Part shown: positions 1-9,388 of the stretch, one piece after another
How the letters are laid out: each line of letters begins with the position of its first letter
Position numbering within the stretch: position 1 is the first letter of the stretch
Source: Longimicrobiales bacterium
Lineage (GTDB): Bacteria > Gemmatimonadota > Gemmatimonadetes > Longimicrobiales > Gaopeijiaceae
Direction of reading: 5' to 3'
NCBI GenBank assembly: GCA_965202805.1
Contig: OZ241869.1
Coordinates: 1,184,001 to 1,248,000 of the forward strand
DNA length: 64,000 nucleotides
Position numbers and translations under genes: made by a program
Notes under the pieces: generated by a model
Told to the model about the DNA's origin: nothing
The model's input: the letters and a program-made list of their open reading frames with translations, nothing else
Database searches by the model: none

Positions 1-508
1 AAACGATCTCCGAGAAGCGCGGGAAGTCGCTCGTGCCAGGAATGGCGCCCGCCGCGAAGATCCAGTAGAAGATCCCGACCCCGAGCAACCCCAGGGCCGC
101 CACCGAGAGACCCATCACCGCGCCTCCCGCGAACGCGATGCGGAGCGCCTTGCCCTGGCCCTCGGTGCTGGCCGCGGCCGAGGTGCGCACGTTGGCGCGC
201 GTGGCCGCCTTCATGCCGAAGAAGCCGGCCAACACCGAGGAGACGGCGCCCGCCACATAGGCCACCCAGGTCCAGCCCGGAATCGCCACCGCCAGCAGGA
301 TGGCGACCAGCACGACGAACCCGGCCAGCACCGTGTATTCGCGGCGCAGGAACGCCATCGCTCCGTCGTGGATCTGGTCGGCGAGATCGACCATTACGGC
401 CGAGCCCGGGTCCTGCCCGCGCAGGTAGGCGAAGACGCCGCCGGCCGCCGCGAGGCCGAGGACGCCGAACATCCAGGCCCAGTTCGCAAGGGGTACCAAG
501 TCGTTCAT
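1..508 (-). CDS. hppA: Membrane-bound H+/Na+-translocating pyrophosphatase, N-terminal part (runs off the window)
   Basis: Manual translation from ATG 508: MNDLVPLANWAW...QIHDGAMAFLRREY...GFFGMKAATRANVRT...AFAGGAVMGL, typical HppA N-terminal motifs. Confidence 0.9.
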   Translation of the reverse strand, partial: MNDLVPLANWAWMFGVLGLAAAGGVFAYLRGQDPGSAVMVDLADQIHDGAMAFLRREYTVLAGFVVLVAILLAVAIPGWTWVAYVAGAVSSVLAGFFGMKAATRANVRTSAAASTEGQGKALRIAFAGGAVMGLSVAALGLLGVGIFYWIFAAGAIPGTSDFPRFSEIV

Positions 509-562
509 CTGATCTGCTTCTGGTGAGGGTGGCGGTTCAGTTCCCGCCGTCGCGCGGGCGGG

Positions 563-1132
563 TCATCGGTTGTAGGCGTTCATCACGGGCTCGATGCCCT
601 CGTTCATCCACAGCCGGGCTGCGGCGGGCAGCTCGTCCAGCAGGGCGACGACCACGTCCTCGTCATCCTCTTCCATCGGCGAAAGCACCCAGTCGGCCAG
701 ATCCATGCGCCCGGGGCGGGCGCCCACCCCGATGCGCAACCGGGGGTAGTCCGGGGTGCCGAGCACGCCGGTCACCGACCGAAGCCCCTTGTGTCCGCCG
801 GCGCCGCCTCCGGGCCTGAAACGCAACCGCCCGACGTCGAGGTTGACATCGTCGGCTACCACCAGAAGGTCCTCCCCAAAGCCGAATTCAGCCGCATTGA
901 GATTGAGATAGGGCGCCAGCGCGGCCCCGCTCCGGTTCACGTAGGTGACCGGCTTTACCAGGTGCACGGCGTGGTCATCGACGACGCCGTCGGCCAGCAG
1001 CGAGGCATCCGTCCTCTCGAAGGGCCCGAGGTCCCAGTCGTACGCCAGGCGGTCGATCGCCCACCATCCCACGTTGTGGCGCGTGGCGTCATAACGGGGT
1101 CCCGGATTCCCGAGGCCCACGATGACCTTCAA
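563..1132 (-). CDS. pth: Peptidyl-tRNA hydrolase
   Basis: VGLGNPG..Y..TRHNVG, RLRIGVG; TTG start overlaps rplY stop; prs-rplY-pth synteny. Confidence 0.96.
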   Translation of the reverse strand: MKVIVGLGNPGPRYDATRHNVGWWAIDRLAYDWDLGPFERTDASLLADGVVDDHAVHLVKPVTYVNRSGAALAPYLNLNAAEFGFGEDLLVVADDVNLDVGRLRFRPGGGAGGHKGLRSVTGVLGTPDYPRLRIGVGARPGRMDLADWVLSPMEEDDEDVVVALLDELPAAARLWMNEGIEPVMNAYNR

Positions 1133-1767
1133 CCAGGCTCCTCGACATCCTCGCCGGCTTCCTCGATCTCACCGACTTCCAGACCCTCCTCCTCCTCTTC
1201 AGGCGCCCAGGATGTCGCGATGTGACACACCAGGGTATCCGGGCCGGAGAGCAGCTCGACGTCCTCGGGGAGGGCGATATCGGCGAGCCTGAGCGATTCT
1301 CCGATGCCCAGTTCCGAAATGTCGGCCTCGATCGACTCCGGTATCCTTGCGGGCGTGCAGCGCACGTGCGCTTCGTGCACGGCGATATCCAGGCGACCGC
1401 CTGCGCGGGTGCCGGCCGGAGTGCCGGAAAGCGAGATCGGCACGTTCAGTTCGACCGCGATTCCCCGGCGCAGACGCATGAAGTCGACGTGGAGGACGTC
1501 GGGGCGAAACGGATGGGTCTGGATCTCGCGCACCAGCGTGCGCAAGGTCTCCCCGCCGCCGATGTCGAGCTGGAGAACGGTGTTGGCCACCGGGATGGAC
1601 TCGAACAGATGGACCGCCTCCTGCTCGTCCAGCGAGAGCGGGATGGGTTCCATGTCCTTGCCGTACACGACCGCCGGGATACGTCCCGCGCGCCGCAGAC
1701 GGCGGGCGACGCCCTTGCCGGTCTCTTCCCTGCGCCGGGCCTGGAGGGAGGCTTCTGCTACGCTCAT
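1129..1767 (-). CDS. rplY: 50S ribosomal protein L25/Ctc
   Basis: RRLRRAGRIPAVVYG, EIQTHP..LHVDF, acidic tail; start re-placed at ATG 1767. Confidence 0.95.
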   Translation of the reverse strand: MSVAEASLQARRREETGKGVARRLRRAGRIPAVVYGKDMEPIPLSLDEQEAVHLFESIPVANTVLQLDIGGGETLRTLVREIQTHPFRPDVLHVDFMRLRRGIAVELNVPISLSGTPAGTRAGGRLDIAVHEAHVRCTPARIPESIEADISELGIGESLRLADIALPEDVELLSGPDTLVCHIATSWAPEEEEEGLEVGEIEEAGEDVEEPG

Positions 1768-1786
1768 TTCGGGCTCTTCGTGAATT

Positions 1787-2842
1787 TCAGGAGGTTGCCA
1801 GAGAGGATTTGGCCGCGCGCGTCGGCCACGCACTCGCCGGTGCGGGCTCGGCGTCACCGGCCTCTATGACGATCGGGGCCTCCCGGGCCGGCATCTTGAA
1901 CAACTGGCTCACGGAGGCGTTGGAGTGAATGTAGCGAATGGCATCGGACAGCAGGCCGGCCACGGAGAGCACTTTCAGCTTGGGAAAGCGCAGTTCCGGA
2001 GATATGCCGATGGTGTTGGTGACCACGACTTCCTCCACCGGGGCCCCCTGAAGCCGCTCGGACGCCCTTCCCGACAGGAGGGCGTGGGTGGCGCAGGCGT
2101 AGACGGCGGCCGCTCCGCGTTCCTTCAGCGCATAGATGCCGTTGGTGAGGGTGCCCGCCGTGTCGACCATGTCGTCGACGATCAGGCAGGTCCTGCCCTC
2201 CACCTCGCCCACGACGTTGACCACTTCGGCCACGTTGGCGGTGCGCCGGCGCTTGTCGATGACGGCCAGGGAGGCTCCGAGCCGGCGCGCGAAGCCCCGG
2301 GCCATCTTCGCGGATCCCGCATCCGGCGCGATGACGACCAGATCGTCCAGGTCCATGTCGCTGAAGTACCGCGTCAGCACCGGAGCGGCGTACAGGTGAT
2401 CCACGGGGATGTCGAAGAACCCCTGGATCTGATGCTGATGGAAGTCGATGCCCAGCAGCCGGTCGGCACCGGCGGCGACGATCAGGTTGGCGACCAGCTT
2501 GGCGCCGATCGAGACCCGGGGCTGGTCCTTGCGGTCCTGGCGCCCGTAGCCGAAGTAGGGGACCACGGCGGTGACGCGGGCGGCCGAGGCGCGCACGGCG
2601 GCGTCGACCAGGAGCAACAGCTCCATGATGTTGTCGGCCGGCGTCGTCGTCGGCTGGATGATGAAGACGTCGCGCCCGCGCGCGTTGCGGTCCAGTCGAA
2701 CGAAGATCTCGCCGTCCGCGAAGTCGCGCACCGTGGCGCCGAAGGCGGACTCACCCAGCCTCTCGCCGATCTCCGCGGCCAGAGGCCGGTTGGCGCGGCC
2801 AGCAAGGAGCAATAGCGGACCGCGGCGGTATTGATCGTCCAT
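1787..2842 (-). CDS. prs: Ribose-phosphate pyrophosphokinase
   Basis: FADGEI, PYFGYGRQDRK, IVDDMVDTAGT PRPP-binding motif. Confidence 0.97.
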   Translation of the reverse strand: MDDQYRRGPLLLLAGRANRPLAAEIGERLGESAFGATVRDFADGEIFVRLDRNARGRDVFIIQPTTTPADNIMELLLLVDAAVRASAARVTAVVPYFGYGRQDRKDQPRVSIGAKLVANLIVAAGADRLLGIDFHQHQIQGFFDIPVDHLYAAPVLTRYFSDMDLDDLVVIAPDAGSAKMARGFARRLGASLAVIDKRRRTANVAEVVNVVGEVEGRTCLIVDDMVDTAGTLTNGIYALKERGAAAVYACATHALLSGRASERLQGAPVEEVVVTNTIGISPELRFPKLKVLSVAGLLSDAIRYIHSNASVSQLFKMPAREAPIVIEAGDAEPAPASAWPTRAAKSSLATS

Positions 2843-2901
2843 GGAGGCGTCACCGTCAGCTGGCGTGGCGGGGGGCAAGTTCGGCGTTACGGTAGCCGTT
2901 A

Positions 2902-2930
2902 AGTGTAGGCATCCCGGAGAGGAGCGTCAA
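2902..2930 (-). promoter_or_regulatory. Sigma70-type promoter for prs-rplY-pth
   Basis: Minus strand TTGACG-N17-TACACT about 60 nt upstream of the prs ATG. Confidence 0.75.
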
Positions 2931-3020
2931 CGCGCCATCGGCTCGGCGAAACGGCACGAGCGGCCTGGCAGCCCTGGGACGAACTCCCCCCGGCATTCGG
3001 GCGGATTCATCCACGGACTG

Positions 3021-4847
3021 CTATCCGACAATCTGCACGCGCCGGCGTCGAATCACGGGGGCCCAGTCGTCGACTCTGAGCTCCAGCCGAAGCTCGTAGA
3101 TCCCCGGTTCCAGGTTTCTGAAATCGAGGTCGACGGAGCGGAAGTGCGCACCCGGCCGCCCGGGGCTCGGCTCGCTCCACTCGACGTTCAGCGGAGCCTC
3201 GCTGCCGCGCAGCCTCAGGAACTCTCCCAGCCGGCGGAAGAACGACCGGTCGAGCGCCTCGATCGCAAGGCGATACGCGATCCGGGCTTCACCGGTCCCG
3301 AGCCCGTAGGCCTCCCACGCGACAGCCAGCTCCTGCAGCCCGCCGAGCGCCAGGGATGGCAGGGCATGGTCCATCACGTCATCGACCGACTCGGGCACCC
3401 GGTCGAGGGCCTCGATGACCAGGAAGTCGGAGAGATCGGGGATGTCGTCCGGATGCGGGCCCAGGACGAGGTCTCCCCGCAGACGCGCTCCCTGACCGGC
3501 TCGGCGGTCGAGCGCTTCCACGCTGTAAACATAGCTGCCCAGCGGCACCATGAGCGACAGCGTACCGCGTTCCGACAGCATGCGGTGCACCGGCGGACGG
3601 AACTCGCCGACCGTCTCCGCCCAGGGCACCAGGAACAGTCCCGCCTGTACATCCCGCCGATGCTCATCCCCGGCCACGGGGCTGCCGGGGCCGAGCGCTG
3701 CTTCGGCCGTGTCCCGGGGCTCGAACCTGAACGGGGCCACCACCAGCAGCGAGTCGCCGCGGCGGAAGCGGGCGAGCACCGTGTGCATCGTCCCCAGCTC
3801 GGGGGCGTACGACGGTGCGTACGCGCTGCGAGGACGCGACACCGGGTCACCCCAGACGGTACCCGCCGGCAAGCTGAATCTGCCGGTCAGAACGCCGTCC
3901 GGCGCCATGTACCGCTCGGAGTGCGGAGGATGGCGCCCGGTTACCCGCGGGCGCATGCTCGATCCGCTGGTGGGGACGTATCTGGACCAGCTGGTCTCGT
4001 GCCCGTAGCGAATGGAAAGTTCGTCCAGCCCGGACGTCCAGGGAAGCCCGTGGGGATTGTGCGCGCGCCGCTGAATGCGACCGCCGGTGTGCCGGCTCAT
4101 ATGCTCGGTCCAGCGGTCGTTGCCACGCACCAGATAATAGGGGTCGGCGAGTGCCCACAGCCGGCGGCTCGCCGCCTCGCGCGTTTCCGGATCCAGCCCG
4201 TCGAGGCCGGACTCGTCCATCCTCTCCAGCAGCGGAGCCAGGGACAGCCACTCCTCGGCATCGCGCGAATCCATCGCTCCCAGGGCCGCGCGATAAGCGC
4301 GCTCCGCGTCCTCGAAGCGTTCCAGGCGATGGAGCGCAAGACCGCGCAGCGCCTCGCACCAGCCGGGCTCGGGCGCGGTGCAGGCGCGGGCGACCGCGAG
4401 AGCCTCGTGCGCCCGTCCCGCCTCCACCAGGTAATGGACGCGCTGGCCCACGATCCAACCGTCGCCGGGGAGTTGGCGCGCGGCCTGCGCGAGGGTGTCC
4501 AGCAGTTCCTCGCGCGCCACGGTGATCTCCACGGCCTCCGGATCCGGTTCCGAGTGATTGTCCCCGTGCCAGTAGCACATGCGGCCGATGAGCTCGTCGC
4601 ACGGAGAGGAGCCGGGCTCGACGGACAGGGGCAGATGACGGACGCGCAGCCGCTCGAAGCGCCGCTGCGCTTCGCGGCTCCGGTCGTAAATCGTGGAGGA
4701 GTCGCGCTCCGCCACGGCTTCCTGCCGAGGAGGATCCGGAGGGAGATTGCGCTCCTGTCCGGGAGAAAGCGCGGCGATGGCGGCGGACGGTCCTGTGAGA
4801 ACCGCGGCCAGCGCGAGCGGAACGGCCGTGAGCACCGGGATCGTGAT
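3021..4847 (-). CDS. Exported hypothetical protein with TPR-like helices and a divergent GWxTD-like segment
   Basis: Long ORF with hydrophobic N-terminal signal; LWALADP...NDRWTEHMSR...ELSIRYG; ORF-track start (4994) overlaps the tRNA, so the real start is ATC 4847 or GTG 4835. Confidence 0.7.
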   Translation of the reverse strand: MTIPVLTAVPLALAAVLTGPSAAIAALSPGQERNLPPDPPRQEAVAERDSSTIYDRSREAQRRFERLRVRHLPLSVEPGSSPCDELIGRMCYWHGDNHSEPDPEAVEITVAREELLDTLAQAARQLPGDGWIVGQRVHYLVEAGRAHEALAVARACTAPEPGWCEALRGLALHRLERFEDAERAYRAALGAMDSRDAEEWLSLAPLLERMDESGLDGLDPETREAASRRLWALADPYYLVRGNDRWTEHMSRHTGGRIQRRAHNPHGLPWTSGLDELSIRYGHETSWSRYVPTSGSSMRPRVTGRHPPHSERYMAPDGVLTGRFSLPAGTVWGDPVSRPRSAYAPSYAPELGTMHTVLARFRRGDSLLVVAPFRFEPRDTAEAALGPGSPVAGDEHRRDVQAGLFLVPWAETVGEFRPPVHRMLSERGTLSLMVPLGSYVYSVEALDRRAGQGARLRGDLVLGPHPDDIPDLSDFLVIEALDRVPESVDDVMDHALPSLALGGLQELAVAWEAYGLGTGEARIAYRLAIEALDRSFFRRLGEFLRLRGSEAPLNVEWSEPSPGRPGAHFRSVDLDFRNLEPGIYELRLELRVDDWAPVIRRRRVQIVG

Positions 4848-4876
4848 GGTGGCTCCTCCTTCACGGCTGGAGCGGA

Positions 4877-4947
4877 TTGGCCCGGGTGGATTCGAACCAC
4901 CACCGCCGGTTCCAAAGACCGGTGTCCTGCCATTAGACGACGGGCCA
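4877..4947 (-). tRNA. tRNA-Gln (anticodon UUG), CCA not encoded
   Basis: TGGCCCG/CGGGCCA acceptor stem, CCGGT-CTTTGGA-ACCGG anticodon arm, GGTGG-TTCGAAT-CCACC T arm; usual position downstream of ispE. Confidence 0.96.
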
Positions 4948-4965
4948 CTCACGACGGCTCCCGGA

Positions 4966-4994
4966 ATCCTACTCGCGCCACGGTGCGGCCTCAA
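4966..4994 (-). promoter_or_regulatory. Sigma70-type promoter for tRNA-Gln
   Basis: Minus strand TTGAGG-N17-TAGGAT just upstream of the tRNA 5' end. Confidence 0.6.
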
Positions 4995-5108
4995 GAGCGA
5001 CGGCGGGACGGCAGGCGGCCGGAAGGCTCCGTGGCAGGGCAGCAGCCCGCTCCGTGGCAGGAATCACGCCGGTCCGCCAGGCTTCGCCCTGGACAGGGCG
5101 CGGGCGCC

Positions 5109-6014
5109 CTACGACGGCTGAATGACGGGAAAGCGCGAAAGGGTGTTTGTCAGATGGACTTGTCCGGCCCCCGGCCTCCGTTTGATGCGGCGGCGGGCCC
5201 GCCCGGCCGACCCGGCGTCCCGGTACACCGCAAAGACCGTGCTGCCGCTGCCCGACATGAGCGCCAGGAGGGGAGACGTTGCCCGCAACGACATCGCCGT
5301 TTCCCGGAGGTCGGGGCGGGCGGCGAAGATGGACGCCTCGAAGTCGTTGTGGGCCAAACTCGCCACCGTCGCCCAATCCCGGCATCGGTCCGGTGTAAGG
5401 GGAATTGGCCGATCGGCGGACCGCTCCTTCACCCCGCCCACCCCCCGCCCCCGGGCGAGCAGGCTGTACGCCCATGCCGTCCCCACCCCCTCCGGCGACC
5501 CCACCAGCAGCACCGGACGGGGTGGTAGCGGGGGCAGCGGCGTGAGATGGTCGCCCCGGCCGCCACCCAGTGCCAGCGGCGACGGCGACAGGAAGAAGGG
5601 AACGTCGGCGCCCAGGCCGCGCGCCACCCGGGTGAGCGCAGCGACGCCGGCGGCGGGCTTGAACAACTGGTCCAGGCAGCGGAGCGTCGCGGCCGCGTCC
5701 GAGGAGCCTCCGCCCAGCCCGCCGCCGACCGGAATGCGCTTCACCAGCCGGATGGCCACCCCGCCCCGCTCACCGCGAGCGTCCAGGTACGCCCGCGCCG
5801 CCCGGTACACCAGGTTGTCGCGCGGGTCGCCCAGGTCGGCCCCGGCGACCTCCACGGTGATGCCGGCCGCGGCGCGCTCCACCCGAAGGTGGTCGCACAA
5901 CCCGACCGCCGCGAAGAGCGTGTCCACGTCGTGGTATCCGTCGGCGCGGCGCGCGCCCACGCGCAGGACGAGGTTGACCTTGGCCGGAGCTTCGAGCACG
6001 ACCGTGCTTTTCAC
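5109..6014 (-). CDS. ispE: 4-diphosphocytidyl-2-C-methyl-D-erythritol kinase
   Basis: APAKVNL, KRIPVGGGLGGGSSDAA, GADVPFF, MSGSGS; GTG start at 6014. Confidence 0.96.
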   Translation of the reverse strand: MKSTVVLEAPAKVNLVLRVGARRADGYHDVDTLFAAVGLCDHLRVERAAAGITVEVAGADLGDPRDNLVYRAARAYLDARGERGGVAIRLVKRIPVGGGLGGGSSDAAATLRCLDQLFKPAAGVAALTRVARGLGADVPFFLSPSPLALGGGRGDHLTPLPPLPPRPVLLVGSPEGVGTAWAYSLLARGRGVGGVKERSADRPIPLTPDRCRDWATVASLAHNDFEASIFAARPDLRETAMSLRATSPLLALMSGSGSTVFAVYRDAGSAGRARRRIKRRPGAGQVHLTNTLSRFPVIQPS

Positions 6015-6109
6015 CGCGCCGGGCCCTCCGCACCGAACGCCGACACCACGCCCACGACCAGGGCAGGTCGCACCCGCGCCCGGCACCGACGACTCGACGC
6101 AACCATCGA

Positions 6110-7162
6110 TCACGCCCCGGAGGGCTTCCGGCGCCCCTGCCGGACCGCCTCTCCCCCGCCCTTCCGAGCGGGCCCCATCTCCCGGAACGAGAACCCCATG
6201 CGCCAGAAGTACCAGAGCCCGATCGCGGTCACCGGAATGAAGGTCGTGATGTGGTACCCCGCGGCAAACGCCAGCGCCGGATTCTCGCCTGCGCCGAGAA
6301 CGTCGACCAGGGCGAACCGCACTGCCGCCTCGAACGGGCCGAAAAAGCCGGGCGCGGACGGGAGCGCTACCGCCAGCGCGGTAGTCCCGTTCAGAAAGAG
6401 CGCCTCCGCGAATCCCGCGTCGATGCCGAACGCGCGGAAGCCCGCCCAGAACGACGCCGAATGCCAGAGCCAGAAAACGAGGCTCCACATCGCGGCTCGC
6501 ACCACCAGCCCGGGACTTCGAAGCGCACTCAGCCCGTCGATGAGCCCGTCCAGAATGGACAGCGCCCTGTCCCCCGCCGCGCCCGGCAGACGGGCGGCCA
6601 GCGGACGCGCGGCAGCCCGCACGACATCCGGACGCAGGAGCACCAGCGTCACGGCCAGGACCACGATCGCCAGCACGGCCAGGAACCCGGCCACCGCTCC
6701 TCCGACGAGTTGGCCCGCGAGCTCGGTGTCGGCGCGAAACCCCGGCAGCGACAACGAAACGACCAGCAGCGCCACGACCGTCAAGCCGTCAAACAGGCGT
6801 TCCACGACCAGGGAGGCCAGGCACGCCGAGGTCCGCATCTTCTCCATGCGCGCGAGCGACCAGGCCCGGGCGAACTCGCCGGCCCGCGCGGGCAGCAGGT
6901 TGTTGACCATGAAGCCGATGGAGGTGGCGGCGAAGCGCGGGCGGAGACCGGTCTGCGGGCGGAGCGGGGTGAGCAGCACCTTCCACCGCATGGCGCGCAA
7001 CAGGTAGCCCGAGGTGGCGACGAACACCGATGCGAGCAGCCACCATGGGTCGGCGGCCACCACCTCCGCGGCGATCGCGCCCAGGTCCTCGCCGCGGAAA
7101 ACCCACCACAGCAGCAGGACGCTGATGGAAAGCCCGAGGACGGACTTCCAGGACGATGTCAC
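6110..7162 (-). CDS. Lysylphosphatidylglycerol synthase TM / flippase-like membrane protein (UPF0104)
   Basis: LRAMRW, NNLLPARAGE, ERLFD, PSAPGFFGPFE; many TM segments. Confidence 0.85.
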   Translation of the reverse strand: MTSSWKSVLGLSISVLLLWWVFRGEDLGAIAAEVVAADPWWLLASVFVATSGYLLRAMRWKVLLTPLRPQTGLRPRFAATSIGFMVNNLLPARAGEFARAWSLARMEKMRTSACLASLVVERLFDGLTVVALLVVSLSLPGFRADTELAGQLVGGAVAGFLAVLAIVVLAVTLVLLRPDVVRAAARPLAARLPGAAGDRALSILDGLIDGLSALRSPGLVVRAAMWSLVFWLWHSASFWAGFRAFGIDAGFAEALFLNGTTALAVALPSAPGFFGPFEAAVRFALVDVLGAGENPALAFAAGYHITTFIPVTAIGLWYFWRMGFSFREMGPARKGGGEAVRQGRRKPSGA

Positions 7163-7172
7163 GGACGAGACC

Positions 7173-7937
7173 TCAGTAGCCGATGGGAGGCAGCCAGCCC
7201 TCAGCGCTCATCATCCGGGGGGCGCGCCGGATGATGTCCTTCATCTCCCTCACCGCCCGCTCGAGCCCCACCAGCACCGCGCGCGAGATGATGCTGTGGC
7301 CGATGTTGAGTTCCTCGATCTCGCCGACCGCGGCCACCGGGATCACGTTCTCGTAGGTGAGCCCGTGACCGGCGTGGACCGCCAGCCCTGCGGCCCGACC
7401 GGCGCGCGCCGCCGACACCAGCCGATCCAGTTGGGCGGGACGGCCGTCCAGGTCCGCCAGCGCGTACTCTCCCGTGTGCAGCTCCACGGCGTCGGCCCCC
7501 AGCTCGGCGCTCGCTTCGATCGCTTCCTCGTCCGGGTCGATGAAGAGCGACGTCCGGACACCGGCGTCGGCGAGGCGAGCCAGCGCGTCCCGCATGGCGG
7601 CGCGCACCTCCGCCGAACCGAGCGCCAGCCCGCCCTCGGTGGTGACCTCCTCGCGGCGCTCGGGCACGAGCGTGGCCTGCATCGGCGCGAGCTCGCATGC
7701 CAGCCCCAGAATGTCCGGCGCAGTCGCCAGCTCGAGATTGATCCCCGTGCGGGCCGTCTCCATGAGCAGCCGGACGTCCCGGTCGCTGATGTGGCGGCGG
7801 TCCTCGCGCAGGTGCACGGTGATCCCGTCGGCGCCTCCCAACTCGGTCAGTACCGCCGCGCGCACGGGATCGGGTTCATCCGTCCGGCGCGCCTGCCGGA
7901 CGGTGGCGACGTGATCGATGTTGACATAGAAGCGCAT
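7173..7937 (-). CDS. pdxJ: Pyridoxine 5'-phosphate synthase
   Basis: [37 protein letters not shown]. Confidence 0.97.
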   Translation of the reverse strand: MRFYVNIDHVATVRQARRTDEPDPVRAAVLTELGGADGITVHLREDRRHISDRDVRLLMETARTGINLELATAPDILGLACELAPMQATLVPERREEVTTEGGLALGSAEVRAAMRDALARLADAGVRTSLFIDPDEEAIEASAELGADAVELHTGEYALADLDGRPAQLDRLVSAARAGRAAGLAVHAGHGLTYENVIPVAAVGEIEELNIGHSIISRAVLVGLERAVREMKDIIRRAPRMMSAEGWLPPIGY

Positions 7938-7945
7938 GGCGTGCC

Positions 7946-9283
7946 TCAACCGGATGAAGGGACGACGTCCTCGGACACCGCCTGGGCGGCGACCTCCAGT
8001 ACCTCGATCCCGCGGGCCTGGAGGCGGCCCAGGGCCGACGCGGGAAGCCGCGCAGTCACCGTGAGCGCCGAGTCGTCCCGCATCGTCTTCACAACCTCAC
8101 CCTCCCGATAAAGCGCTGCAAGCGTGCCCCCGTCCGTCACCTTGAGCACTACCTGCACGCTGTGCAGCGCTGCCCGAATCCGGGCCAGGAGCACGTTTCG
8201 CAGCCGCTCGAGCGTCTTCGGCCGGCAGGCGGAGAGGAAGACGGCGGGGGTATGCTCGCGACCCCGCACGCGTTCCCTGAGCACCTCCTCTTCGCCGTGG
8301 GTGATGAGGTCGGTCTTGTTGAAGACGAGCACGCGGGGCGCGTCCAGCAGTTCTAGCTCTTCCAGCACCTCGTGCACCACGGCGAGCCGGCCCTCCCAGT
8401 CGCGTTCCGAAGCATCCACTACGTGCAGGATCAGATCCGCTTCCCGCGCCTCCTCGAGCGTCGACCGGAACGACGCGATGAGGTCGTGCGGGAGCTTGCG
8501 GATGAAGCCCACCGTGTCCGTGAGCAGCGCCTGGTGCCCCTCGCCCACGGGCACCACGCGGGTGGCGGAATCGAGGGTGGCGAAGAGCCGGTCCTCCACC
8601 AGCAGGTCGGCCCCCGAGAGTGCCTTCAGGAGCGACGACTTGCCGGCGTTGGTGTACCCGACGAGCGCCGCGCGGAAGGAGTTCGCGCGTCCCTTGCGCT
8701 GGGTGGCGCGCGACCGGGCGACGCCTTCCAGCTTGTGCTTCAGTTCCGCAATCCGGGTGCCGATCAGGCGCCGGTCGGTCTCGAGCTGGGTCTCGCCCGG
8801 CCCCCTGAGGCCGATCCCGCCCCGGATGCGCGAAAGGTGGCTCCACATGCGCTTCAGGCGTGGCAGCAGGTACTCGAGCTGCGCCAGTTCCACCTGCATG
8901 CGGGCTTCGCGAGTGCGCGCGCGCGTGGCGAAGATATCCAGGATGAGTTCGGCGCGGTCCATCACCCTGATCCCCAGGAAGTCCTCCAGATGGCGGGCCT
9001 GATCCGGCTTCAGCTCATCGTCGAAGATGACGAGGTCGGCCTCCGCGGCGCGCGCCGTCGAGCGCAGCTCGCGGACCTTCCCCTTGCCGACGTAGAAGTG
9101 AGGATGGGGACTGCGGATGCGCTGCTGCACCGTCCCCACGACATCCGCGCCGGCAGTATCCGCCAGGCGGGCGAGCTCCTCGAGGTGCTCGCGCGCGGTG
9201 GTCCGGCGCATGCGTCCCCGGGGCGCCCCGACCAGGATCGCGCGATCGATGGCGGGTCGGTTGTTGATGAATCGCTCAGGTAT
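7946..9283 (-). CDS. hflX: GTPase HflX
   Basis: [37 protein letters not shown]; conserved RAILVG lies upstream of the first ATG (9211), so ATA 9283 is the probable start. Confidence 0.95.
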   Translation of the reverse strand: MPERFINNRPAIDRAILVGAPRGRMRRTTAREHLEELARLADTAGADVVGTVQQRIRSPHPHFYVGKGKVRELRSTARAAEADLVIFDDELKPDQARHLEDFLGIRVMDRAELILDIFATRARTREARMQVELAQLEYLLPRLKRMWSHLSRIRGGIGLRGPGETQLETDRRLIGTRIAELKHKLEGVARSRATQRKGRANSFRAALVGYTNAGKSSLLKALSGADLLVEDRLFATLDSATRVVPVGEGHQALLTDTVGFIRKLPHDLIASFRSTLEEAREADLILHVVDASERDWEGRLAVVHEVLEELELLDAPRVLVFNKTDLITHGEEEVLRERVRGREHTPAVFLSACRPKTLERLRNVLLARIRAALHSVQVVLKVTDGGTLAALYREGEVVKTMRDDSALTVTARLPASALGRLQARGIEVLEVAAQAVSEDVVPSSG

Positions 9284-9388
9284 TGCGGTACCTCCGTGCG
9301 TGGCGAGCCTGTTCGAACTCGTTCCGCCTGCTTCCGCAGGCGTCGGGACGGGTCCCGGAGGTTGCAGGTTCAGGCATCCGGGTTTCGC

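Noticed and set aside
770..810. Pth GGHKG instead of GGHNG as a sign of inactivation
   Set aside because: The catalytic His motif (RHNVG) and Asp are intact; likely a tolerated variant
2855..2900. Possible tRNA 3'-end duplication (att site) marking an island between tRNA-Gln and prs
   Set aside because: No match to the tRNA 3' end, no integrase, and no visible compositional shift
2841..5528. 895-aa plus-strand ORF and many other long antisense ORFs (e.g. 8372-10882, 28228-30720)
   Set aside because: Shadow ORFs opposite recognisable genes, expected at high GC; no motifs
9311..9324. GTTCGAACTCGTTC as a LexA box upstream of hflX
   Set aside because: Spacing fits neither GAAC-N4-GTTC nor the N7 direct repeat
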